DNA of 64,000 nucleotides from Candidatus Woesebacteria bacterium (GTDB lineage Bacteria; Patescibacteriota; Microgenomatia; UBA8517): NCBI GenBank assembly GCA_013374835.1, contig CP055307.1, positions 215,315 to 279,314 of the forward strand, read 5' to 3'. Shown piece by piece: positions 9,931 to 17,947 of this stretch (position 1 is its first letter; each line of letters starts with the position of its first letter). The notes under the pieces were generated by a model. It saw only the letters and a program-made list of their open reading frames with translations, ran no database searches and was not told where the DNA came from. The position numbers and the translations under genes were made by a program.

Positions 9931-10956
9931 ATGTTGATGATGAAAAAACTTTTTCGAAAAATCTGGCGTCGCAAATGGTTTCTGCTGGTAATTTTAGCGA
10001 TAACCGGAGGAGGTTTTCTTTATTATCGTCAAGGACAGCAAAAGAAAAACGAGTTTGAGGAGTCAGAGATCAAAAGAGGTCAGGTAAGACAAGAACTTGT
10101 TTTAACAGGTGAGATAGATGCTCTTGAGCGCGCTAGCCTTAGCTTTGAGACTTCAGGAAAACTGATCTACGTTGGTGTAAAAGAAGGTGATCGGGTAAGG
10201 CGTGGAACTCTCCTTGGTAAGCTTGATACAACCTCTCTTAATGCAGCTTATGAGCAGGCTTTGAACAATCTGCGTCGTTATCAGGCTACTATTGATAACG
10301 TTTATGATAGTTTGCAAAATCATGAAGACGATGAGACTTTTGCTCAAAAAGATACACGTACAACTGCTGAGGTTGCTAGGGATAACGCCTATGAAGCGGT
10401 GATTATTGCTGAGCATAATTTGAAAGGTGCTAGTTTATATGCGCCATTTGACGGAGTGGTTACCAGCGTCACCAACCCCTTTTCAGGTCCGTTTGTATTG
10501 TCTACTCAGCCTCAGTTCGAAGTTGTAAATCCTGAGACAATTTATTTTAGAGTAACGGCGGATCAGACTGAAGTGACATCTTTAAAAGAAGGAATGAAAG
10601 TATTAATTACTTTAGATTCTTTTCCAGAAAAAGAAATCGAAGGAGTAGTTTCAAGAATTGATTTTGCCCCTGATCCAAATGAGGTTAGTGTGGTTTATGA
10701 GGTTGAGGTTGATTTGCCTCAGCTTGAAGAGATAGATTATCGGCTAGGGATGACTGGTGACGCTATCTTTGTTTTAGAAAGCAAAGAGGAAGCTTTTTGG
10801 GTTCCTGCTGGGTTTGTAAAAAGCGATAAACAGGGTCAGTATTTATTAACTCAGAAAGGGGATAGGAAAGTTTATGTTGAATTGGGTTTTGAGGGATCTG
10901 AGCGTGTTGAAGTGATCTCCGATGAAATTTCGGAAGGCATGAAGATATATGATTAA
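9931..10956 (+). CDS. HlyD-family periplasmic adaptor (membrane fusion protein)
   Basis: N-terminal TM helix with coiled-coil and barrel segments. Translationally coupled to the downstream ABC ATPase by an 8-bp overlap. Confidence 0.75.
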   Translation: MLMMKKLFRKIWRRKWFLLVILAITGGGFLYYRQGQQKKNEFEESEIKRGQVRQELVLTGEIDALERASLSFETSGKLIYVGVKEGDRVRRGTLLGKLDTTSLNAAYEQALNNLRRYQATIDNVYDSLQNHEDDETFAQKDTRTTAEVARDNAYEAVIIAEHNLKGASLYAPFDGVVTSVTNPFSGPFVLSTQPQFEVVNPETIYFRVTADQTEVTSLKEGMKVLITLDSFPEKEIEGVVSRIDFAPDPNEVSVVYEVEVDLPQLEEIDYRLGMTGDAIFVLESKEEAFWVPAGFVKSDKQGQYLLTQKGDRKVYVELGFEGSERVEVISDEISEGMKIYD

Positions 10957-11623
10957 GCTTCAAAACGCAAGTAAAACATACTGGCTGGGCGAGGAAAAAG
11001 TTGAGGCGCTAAAAGACGCTAGCCTGGAGATCAAAGAGGGGGAATATGTCGGGATTTTAGGACCTTCTGGTTCTGGCAAATCAACTCTAATGCATATTAT
11101 TGGTCTTTTAGACAAACCAACAAAAGGAAAAGTTAATTTGTTTGGGAAAGACTCTTCAAAACTGACTGATACACAAATTAGCCAGCTTAGAAACGAAAAT
11201 GTGGGGTTTGTTTTTCAACAGTTTAATCTTATAGAAAAGTTTACGGTTTTAGAAAATGTTATGCTTCCGAGTCAATACGCTAAACATAGGCTTGGATTTG
11301 ATCCTAGAGAGTACGCTTACGAACTTTTAAAGCGTTTTGGAATCCTGGAGCGAGCAGATTTTTATCCTAATAAGATTTCTGGTGGTCAACAGCAAAGAGC
11401 CGCTATTGCTAGAGCTTTAATTATGAAACCAAAGCTTATTTTAGCGGATGAACCAACTGGCAATATTGATACAAAAACTGGTGATGAAATCATGCAACTG
11501 CTTGAAAACTTAAACGAAGAGTTAGGAGTGACAATCGTTGTCGTCACTCATGAGCAAGATGTGGCCAAACGCACTAAGCGCCAGATTTACGTTAAAGACG
11601 GAATGATTGTTGACAAGCTCTAA
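10949..11623 (+). CDS. ABC transporter ATP-binding protein (MacB/LolD family)
   Basis: Walker A GPSGSGKST, Q-loop, signature LSGGQQQRAAIARAL, Walker B ILADEPTGNID, H-loop VTHE. Confidence 0.9.
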   Translation: MIKLQNASKTYWLGEEKVEALKDASLEIKEGEYVGILGPSGSGKSTLMHIIGLLDKPTKGKVNLFGKDSSKLTDTQISQLRNENVGFVFQQFNLIEKFTVLENVMLPSQYAKHRLGFDPREYAYELLKRFGILERADFYPNKISGGQQQRAAIARALIMKPKLILADEPTGNIDTKTGDEIMQLLENLNEELGVTIVVVTHEQDVAKRTKRQIYVKDGMIVDKL

Positions 11624-11674
11624 GTACTTAGACTCTAAGTTCTAAAAATTTAAATATAAAATGGAAATTGTAAA

Positions 11675-12883
11675 TTGAATTTTTATATGAATTATTATTT
11701 GTTTCAGATTAAAAGCGCTTTTGAGGACTTTAAGCGCAATAAGACCAGGACTATTTTAGCGTCGCTGGGAATTTTAATTGGTGTCTTGTCAGTTGTGATG
11801 CTTATTGCCCTTGGGATAGGATTCAAAAATTATATTTCCGGTCAATTTGAAGGGTTGGGAACAAATTTAATTATTGTTTTTCCAGGTGCGGGTTTGAGCC
11901 AGGGAGCGCAAAACTTTGGCGCTGGGTTTGCAGGAGGGGCTGAATTTGACGAACGGGATTTAAGGGCTCTAGAAAGGATTGAGGCCGCTCAGTATGTCGT
12001 GCCGATGTTTTTAAAATCGGGCCTTATTGAAACAAATGAGAATGAAGAATTCGGCTATATTTTAGGTACAAATGAGCAAATGTTTGATTTGGGAGCTATT
12101 GAGCCATATGCAGGAGAGCTTTTAGACCGATCTGATATTCAGCTTCGATCTAAAGATGTGGTGCTCGGCTATACCTTGGCAGAAAAATTGTTTAATATTC
12201 CGGAATCTGCGGTTGGTAAAATCGTTCGTTTTGGTAACCAGCGCTTTCGAGTTAAAGGTGTGGCTGAAAAAGAGGGGGATCCTCAGGTTGACGGAGCTGT
12301 TATCATGTCCTACCGTACGACTTTTGGTTCGATTAATCCAAAAAAAACTTTTTTTAATTTACAGGTTGGAGCAGACCCAGATGCCAATTTAGAAGAAGTT
12401 AAGCGCGAGATAGAAAAGGCGCTTTTAAACCGTTATGATGAGGATGAATTTAGTGTCTCAGATCAGGATGAACTCTTGGGAGTTGTAGATCAAATTTTTG
12501 GCGTTTTAAACGGCGTTCTTGTTGCCATTGGTTCGATTTCTCTTTTGGTTGGGGGAATTGGAATTATGAATATTATGTATGCCAATGTGACTGAGCGTAC
12601 CAAAGAGATAGGTATCAGACGGGCGATTGGGGCGACAAAGCGGGATATTATTACTCAATTTATTACCGAATCTGTATTGCTTTCTTTATTTGGAGGTCTA
12701 CTGGGGCTTCTTATTGCTGTTCTGATTATTGCTGTTGTGCGGCCATTTTTTCCAGTAGCGCTTAATTTAGTTGCGATAGTTGCAGCGGTTGGTATTTCTA
12801 CTGGAATTGGTGTATTTTTTGGCGTCTTTCCAGCAAGAAGGGCTGCTAACTTGACGCCTATCGAGGCTATAAGATATGAGTAA
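11675..12883 (+). CDS. ABC transporter permease, FtsX/MacB-like
   Basis: N-terminal TM helix, a large periplasmic domain, then a C-terminal 3-TM FtsX-like bundle (IGIRRAIGATKRDIITQFITESVLLSLFGG...). Confidence 0.85.
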   Translation: MNFYMNYYLFQIKSAFEDFKRNKTRTILASLGILIGVLSVVMLIALGIGFKNYISGQFEGLGTNLIIVFPGAGLSQGAQNFGAGFAGGAEFDERDLRALERIEAAQYVVPMFLKSGLIETNENEEFGYILGTNEQMFDLGAIEPYAGELLDRSDIQLRSKDVVLGYTLAEKLFNIPESAVGKIVRFGNQRFRVKGVAEKEGDPQVDGAVIMSYRTTFGSINPKKTFFNLQVGADPDANLEEVKREIEKALLNRYDEDEFSVSDQDELLGVVDQIFGVLNGVLVAIGSISLLVGGIGIMNIMYANVTERTKEIGIRRAIGATKRDIITQFITESVLLSLFGGLLGLLIAVLIIAVVRPFFPVALNLVAIVAAVGISTGIGVFFGVFPARRAANLTPIEAIRYE

Positions 12884-12901
12884 GAAAAGACGCTCAAAAC
12901 T

Positions 12902-13417
12902 TTAGTGTAGTTTTAGCTTATTTAATACTTCACCCGTTTCAGTATCTTTAAATGTGGGTTCTGGGAAATTTCCCATTGGATCAAAGCAATAGATTTTGAC
13001 AATATCTAGATCATTTGGATCAATTGGTAGATTGGCACGAAAAAAAGGGCGAGTGCAGACAAAAGCTCTTGCTGTTATGGGATCAGTAATTGAGATAATT
13101 TGGAAAAATGTGCTTGGTTTGCCGGAATATTTGTATTCGTATAACAGGCGTTTTTGTGAAAGTAAAAGGCGTAATGGCGAACCGCCAATTTTTTTATTCA
13201 ATATTATTGCGTATAATCCTTCATAATAACTCGACACTTCCGGCATCATGAATGCTATGTTCGCTGCTCCTAGAGATTCTGTTTTTAACAAATCAGGGAT
13301 TTTAACTGTTAATTTCTTGTCGATAATAGGTATTTGAATTTTGATTCCTTTATCGTTGGCATTTTTACGTTTGACAATGTCTGTTGGCAGGGGTAGTGAT
13401 GGTTTATATTCAACCAT
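12902..13417 (-). CDS. Hypothetical protein
   Basis: 171-aa ORF with no recognisable motif. Confidence 0.35.
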   Translation of the reverse strand: MVEYKPSLPLPTDIVKRKNANDKGIKIQIPIIDKKLTVKIPDLLKTESLGAANIAFMMPEVSSYYEGLYAIILNKKIGGSPLRLLLSQKRLLYEYKYSGKPSTFFQIISITDPITARAFVCTRPFFRANLPIDPNDLDIVKIYCFDPMGNFPEPTFKDTETGEVLNKLKLH

Positions 13418-13498
13418 AAATATATTATGGGATATTTTGAAATTTAAATCAACGATTATCTATGGAAAAGGGAAATTTTTTTAAAGTAAAATATTTTA

Positions 13499-14446
13499 AT
13501 GCTTACGAAGGTAATGTCTGCTACGCACTTTGGACTCGATACGTTGCCAGTTGAAGTTGAGGTAAATATCGCTAAGAAAGGTTTTCCGGGATTTAATATT
13601 ATTGGACTTCCGAGTAAGTCTGTTGAGGAAGCGAAGGAGCGAGTGAAGACAGCGCTTGTTAATAGTGGAGTTGAGTTTCCGAATGCAAAGATTGTGGTTA
13701 ATCTTGCTCCTGCTGATATTCCCAAGGAGGGGAGTAGTTATGATTTACCTATTGCCTGCGGGATATTAAGATCTTTGGAGGCTATAAGCTTGCCTTCGGA
13801 AAAGATGTTTTTTTATGGAGAGCTTTCTCTTGATGGAAGTCTACGGCACACTAAAGGTGTTTTACTTCTTGCTCTTTATGCAAAAGAGCGTGGAATAAAA
13901 AGTTTATTTGTTCCTAAAGATTCTTCATTTGAGGCGGCTGTGGTGAGTGGAGTGCGGGTTTATCCGGTTGAGAATTTGGCACAAATTCTTTCTCATTTTA
14001 ATGGAGGAGGACAAATTGGCGTGTTTCGTGGTTTGAAAAAAAACGATGTTCATGAAGATATATTCCCGGAGATTGATTTTTCCGACATACTAGGGCAGGA
14101 GAGCGCAAAGCGAGCTTTGGAGATTGCTGCTTCTGGTGGGCACAATGTTCATATGCAAGGGCCTCCGGGATCGGGGAAAACCATGCTTGCAAGAGCGATG
14201 GCTGGGATTTTACCTCCATTGAGCGAAAAGGAAAGCCTTGAAGTAACTAAGATATATTCGGTTTCTGGGAATTTGCCTGCTGGGGCAAGCCTTATTTATG
14301 TCAGGCCGTTTCGAGTATCTCATCATACAACAAGCAGGATTGGGCTTATAGGCGGTGGAAGCAATCCTCACCCCGGGGAGATCTCGCTTGCTCACCGTGG
14401 AGTTTTGTTTTTGGATGAGTTATCGGAGTTCTCGGAGGTAAGTTAG
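13499..14446 (+). pseudogene. comM: ComM/YifB Mg-chelatase-family AAA+ ATPase, 5' fragment interrupted by the prophage
   Basis: N-terminal Lon/ChlI-like domain, Walker A GPPGSGKT, Walker B VLFLDE. The frame terminates 9 codons after Walker B (...LDELSEFSEVS*). The matching C-terminal part is found at 54938..55597. Confidence 0.85.
14412..14421 (+). repeat. attL core repeat TGGATGAGTT, within ~48 bp of imperfect similarity to the attR region
   Basis: Identical 10-mer at 54978..54987. The flanking sequence is ~60% identical on both sides and encodes comM-like peptides. Confidence 0.7.
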
Positions 14447-14539
14447 CTTCTTTTCTTCTTAAAGTCCCTGGACTTTTCCCAGTGCTAAATACCAGTGAAA
14501 CACATTTCTAAGTAAAAGTCAAGCCCTTTTTTGCCCCCT

Positions 14540-14608
14540 GCCTAAAGTCGTTATAATTTTAGTTGGAAATGTTGGAGAAGTTGGAAACCTGCCCCTTATA
14601 ATTGAACC
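14540..14608 (+). promoter_or_regulatory. Putative integrase promoter region with three tandem 9-bp repeats GTTGGA(A/G)A(N)
   Basis: TATAAT at 14552..14557. Repeats GTTGGAAAT, GTTGGAGAA and GTTGGAAAC at 14562..14588. A second TATAAT-like hexamer lies just before the int ATG at 14609. Confidence 0.3.
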
Positions 14609-15679
14609 ATGAGCTATCAAAAATACCTCTCGGAATACATTGATTTTATTCGCTATGACCGAGACCTCACCGATCATACATGCAAAGTGCGGAGGCAGTG
14701 GCTAGAGCGCTTCTTTCGTGACCTGGGTGGTCGGGAGTTCTCGTTTGAAAATATACGACTGCTCCTGCGGGAGTATAAAAGAAGCGATTTGTCTCCTAAC
14801 TATATCCATGTCCTAATCACTTCCCTCAACTCATTCATCCGCTTCCTTATTGCCGAGAAGCATTTGCCTTTAGAGGATTGCACTTCTAACCTGAACCAGC
14901 TTCGTCCCAAGAAGAAAATCGTTTTATACCAGACCCTTTCGTTGGAAGAGATTGAGAAAATCATCAATCCGCCCCCTCATAAAAATAACTACGAGCGGGA
15001 TTTGCATCCCAAGTATATTAAATGCGACTACATGTGGGGTTTGCTCCTGGAGTTCCTTGCCAAGACTGGTTGCCGTGTTGGAGAAGTAATCGCCCTAAAT
15101 GTGGGCGATTTTAACTTTGGCACGAATGAGTTTATTATCCGTGAGACTAAAACTGATGAGCAGCGCATCGTGCCTATTCCTCCTGATATGATTGAGAAAT
15201 TGCGGGAGTGGATTAAAAACAGGGGTGAGATTCCACCTTCTTCGCCGATGTTTATAACTATGCATTTTGCCCGCACCCGCCCTAATTCACGCATCGGCGA
15301 GTCTATGGTTAATAAGACTATTCGAGAGCGTGCCAAACGAGCTGGGCTTCATGTCGATCGGCGCTTTCACGCCCATAGTTTTCGCCATAGTTTTATAACC
15401 GAACTCTTGCGTCAGGATGTGGCTATCTCAAAAGTCCAGCGGATTGTTGGTCACCGCAAGGTTGATACTACCATGATCTATACTCACATGGTCACCGACG
15501 ATCTCCGCCAGGCGATGCTTAAGCACCCGCTTATTCGCAAGTCCCAAGACCCGCATGCTATTATCGAGAGTGTCAAAGAGGAGATTAAGTCTTTCAGATT
15601 GCATGGTGACGAGCGTTTTGATTACACTCTAACCGAGCGGAACGACGGCTTTTCCTTCAATATTTCTCTTAAGAAGTAA
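14609..15679 (+). CDS. int: Tyrosine recombinase / phage integrase
   Basis: N-terminal SAM-like core-binding domain. C-terminal catalytic motifs ...TGCRVGEVIAL..., HAHSFRHSFITELL, GHRKVDTTMIYTH (R...HxxR...Y). Confidence 0.9.
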   Translation: MSYQKYLSEYIDFIRYDRDLTDHTCKVRRQWLERFFRDLGGREFSFENIRLLLREYKRSDLSPNYIHVLITSLNSFIRFLIAEKHLPLEDCTSNLNQLRPKKKIVLYQTLSLEEIEKIINPPPHKNNYERDLHPKYIKCDYMWGLLLEFLAKTGCRVGEVIALNVGDFNFGTNEFIIRETKTDEQRIVPIPPDMIEKLREWIKNRGEIPPSSPMFITMHFARTRPNSRIGESMVNKTIRERAKRAGLHVDRRFHAHSFRHSFITELLRQDVAISKVQRIVGHRKVDTTMIYTHMVTDDLRQAMLKHPLIRKSQDPHAIIESVKEEIKSFRLHGDERFDYTLTERNDGFSFNISLKK

Positions 15680-15702
15680 AGTTTGATTGTATAATTGGAA
15701 AT

Positions 15703-15981
15703 ATGGCGATCCCTCGTAATATGGTTAAAGCAAAGGAAATTATTGCTCGTGCCTATGTTCTCTCGGACGAGTTTGAGTCGACTGTGGAAGAGCTGTATAA
15801 CTGGCTCGATGAGGTTAAGGAGCGCAGGCGTAAGCAGTTCGGCGAGGACTCCGAGACCTATAAAACCTCAGTGGAGTATGTTGCGAAGTGCAAAGAGATT
15901 TTGAAAAAGGTTCAGACAAATCACGCTGAAGGCTTCGAGCTTCTTCTGGATTTTATCAAACAACACCTCGACAGCACTTAA
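15703..15981 (+). CDS. Hypothetical small helical protein (possible excisionase or regulator)
   Basis: 92 aa, charged and helical. Position next to int. Confidence 0.35.
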   Translation: MAIPRNMVKAKEIIARAYVLSDEFESTVEELYNWLDEVKERRRKQFGEDSETYKTSVEYVAKCKEILKKVQTNHAEGFELLLDFIKQHLDST

Positions 15982-16080
15982 TAATCTCTGGTGGGGAGTA
16001 GATGAGATGTTCGCTTTCTTTTGTGCGCTAGTGTATAATTCTCTATCAAGGAGACTGTTTCCTGCCCGCAGTTAGGCAGG

Positions 16081-16344
16081 ATGAAAAAAATCCCAGATTT
16101 TATGGCTATCAAAAAAAACGCTGCCATTTACGGCACATCCACTCTAGGTGCGAAGGGTCAGGTTGTGATCCCCGCCAAAATGAGAAAAGACCTTGAGCTT
16201 AATGAGGGGGATACTTTAGTGTTTGTGGGGAATGTTCATTCTTCCTCGTTTCATATCTTGAAGGTTGAGACCGTCCAGGATTTAAATAAAGCCCTGAATC
16301 GATTACTAAAAAACAGCGAGAGGTTTGGTGAGAAGGAGAAGTAG
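16081..16344 (+). CDS. AbrB/MazE/SpoVT-family DNA-binding protein
   Basis: SpoVT-AbrB swapped-hairpin motif GQVVIPAKMRKDLELNEGDTLVFVG. Confidence 0.6.
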   Translation: MKKIPDFMAIKKNAAIYGTSTLGAKGQVVIPAKMRKDLELNEGDTLVFVGNVHSSSFHILKVETVQDLNKALNRLLKNSERFGEKEK

Positions 16345-16351
16345 TCTTCTT

Positions 16352-16621
16352 TTATCTGAAGATTAATCGAATGGCGATGTCGATCACAATTGTCACCACC
16401 GCCACAATTATTCCCATTTTGACCATCAGCGTATTAACCTTAATTTTAAGGTCGCTCACATCGGCTTGGAGGGTGTGTAGGTGATTATTCTTAATTTCTT
16501 TTAGTTCCTCTTTGATGTAACCAAAGCCACTATCCACCCGCTCCTCAAGTTTGGCAACTCTTTCGATTATATCCATGCTAGTTGTTGCTTTTGATTTTGC
16601 CATAGTGTTTTCACTGTTCAA
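16352..16621 (-). CDS. Small membrane protein (possible holin partner, antiholin or spanin-like)
   Basis: 89 aa with a coiled N-terminus and a C-terminal TM helix (GIIVAVVTIVIDIAIRLIF). Last gene of the lysis operon. Confidence 0.4.
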   Translation of the reverse strand: MNSENTMAKSKATTSMDIIERVAKLEERVDSGFGYIKEELKEIKNNHLHTLQADVSDLKIKVNTLMVKMGIIVAVVTIVIDIAIRLIFR

Positions 16622-16832
16622 TGTATCTTGTCTCCGACAGCCATTTTCTAGCTGCGTTTACAATTACCGACCAGATTGCTACCACTATCGGTGTCCATTC
16701 TCCTAGATCAATGTTGGGGATTTGCTCCGTCAGGTATGTTAAGGCTGCGCCCGCTAATGCGATTAGAAGTCCTTTACCTACTTTTTCCATGTCGTTCCAG
16801 GTTAACTGGTATTTTTGGCTAACTGCTATCAT
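16611..16832 (-). CDS. Putative holin (two TM helices)
   Basis: 73 aa with hydrophobic stretches GLLIALAGAALTYL and IVVAIWSVIVNAA. Overlaps the endolysin stop by 4 bp. Confidence 0.5.
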   Translation of the reverse strand: MIAVSQKYQLTWNDMEKVGKGLLIALAGAALTYLTEQIPNIDLGEWTPIVVAIWSVIVNAARKWLSETRYIEQ

Positions 16833-17941
16833 GTTTTCTCACCTCCTTTTTTGAAAATGCCTATTACTAGGTTGAGTAAAAAGTTCGCTGCTTTGGTTAT
16901 TAAATTCTTGGCTGGCTCTGGGAGTTGACCTTTCTGGCAGGCTTCAAGTTCGCTTTTGTACTCTGCTGCCTCATTTAGCGCTCTGCCTTTGGCTTTATTA
17001 GCCTCATCTAGCTGCCCCTCCAGCACCCCTATACGACCCTGGGCTTCCTCCACGATTTTTGGCAGATTTTTAATGTCCGATTTAAGCGCATTAAGCAGGT
17101 CTTTATAATACTTTTCCTTGTCTGTCACTAACTTTTCGAGTCTGCTAACTTGTTCGGAGCGGTTCTTTATCTCCTGGTTTGCCACATCCAGCTCTTTTTG
17201 CTTGTCTCTGAGCTTGTTTCCCAGGTCAGTTTCCCTTGATTTATACCCTGCAATAACACTCTTAATTTTGTCGACAGGGGTAGTGTTGGGGTCGTCGGCG
17301 ATCTCTAGAACTTTTAGTGCCTCCGCCCATTTCGTGGCTGATCCAACTATTTGCTCGTATTTTTCCCGCCATTCTGGAGTATTTGGCACGAGGCAGCCTT
17401 CCGCTACATCTGTTTCTGATGGTTTTCCCTCATACCAGCACCAAGAATAGATCAATTTTTGTGGGGTTATACCCCAGCTTGTTATCCTTTTTTCTGCTCC
17501 GTCCCAAGGGTCTTGTACTATAAAGTCGTCACCGTCATAGCCGATTGCCAGTATCCAATGCTCATCTAAGCCACTGGTTGAGGGGATGGTATCGATCTGT
17601 AGAAATACTGGATATCCTTTATCAATTGCACTTCGAATTTGATCCATCTGCGCCTGGGTGAGCGGATTGTCATTCGACCACTTTCCTGAGTATTTTAGTC
17701 CCGCAAACAGCCTGGGGATTGCGCTCCATATCAGCAGGTTGCCTTTATCATATCCTCCGTTTTGAGTCAGCTTTTCGTTCATGGTCAGCGGTGTTTCTCG
17801 AAAGCCGTAGTAGTTAACTACCATCGTTCCGTCACACATTAGGCAGCCGTATTGCCCGATTGTCCCTTTTGTTCCCAGTGGGCTGTTTTTCCACCTGGGG
17901 TCGTTCTGATTGAATGTTGTCGGTAAGGTTAGTTTTTTCAT
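16829..17941 (-). CDS. Putative endolysin: papain-fold cysteine peptidase (C39-like/CHAP-like) with C-terminal coiled-coil
   Basis: N-terminal FNQNDPRW...GQYGCLMC (Cys) with a downstream His (DEHWILAIGYDGD) and Asp. C-terminal ~130 aa heptad-rich coiled coil. Lies immediately upstream of the holin-like genes. Confidence 0.55.
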   Translation of the reverse strand: MKKLTLPTTFNQNDPRWKNSPLGTKGTIGQYGCLMCDGTMVVNYYGFRETPLTMNEKLTQNGGYDKGNLLIWSAIPRLFAGLKYSGKWSNDNPLTQAQMDQIRSAIDKGYPVFLQIDTIPSTSGLDEHWILAIGYDGDDFIVQDPWDGAEKRITSWGITPQKLIYSWCWYEGKPSETDVAEGCLVPNTPEWREKYEQIVGSATKWAEALKVLEIADDPNTTPVDKIKSVIAGYKSRETDLGNKLRDKQKELDVANQEIKNRSEQVSRLEKLVTDKEKYYKDLLNALKSDIKNLPKIVEEAQGRIGVLEGQLDEANKAKGRALNEAAEYKSELEACQKGQLPEPAKNLITKAANFLLNLVIGIFKKGGEKT

Positions 17942-17947
17942 AGATTT

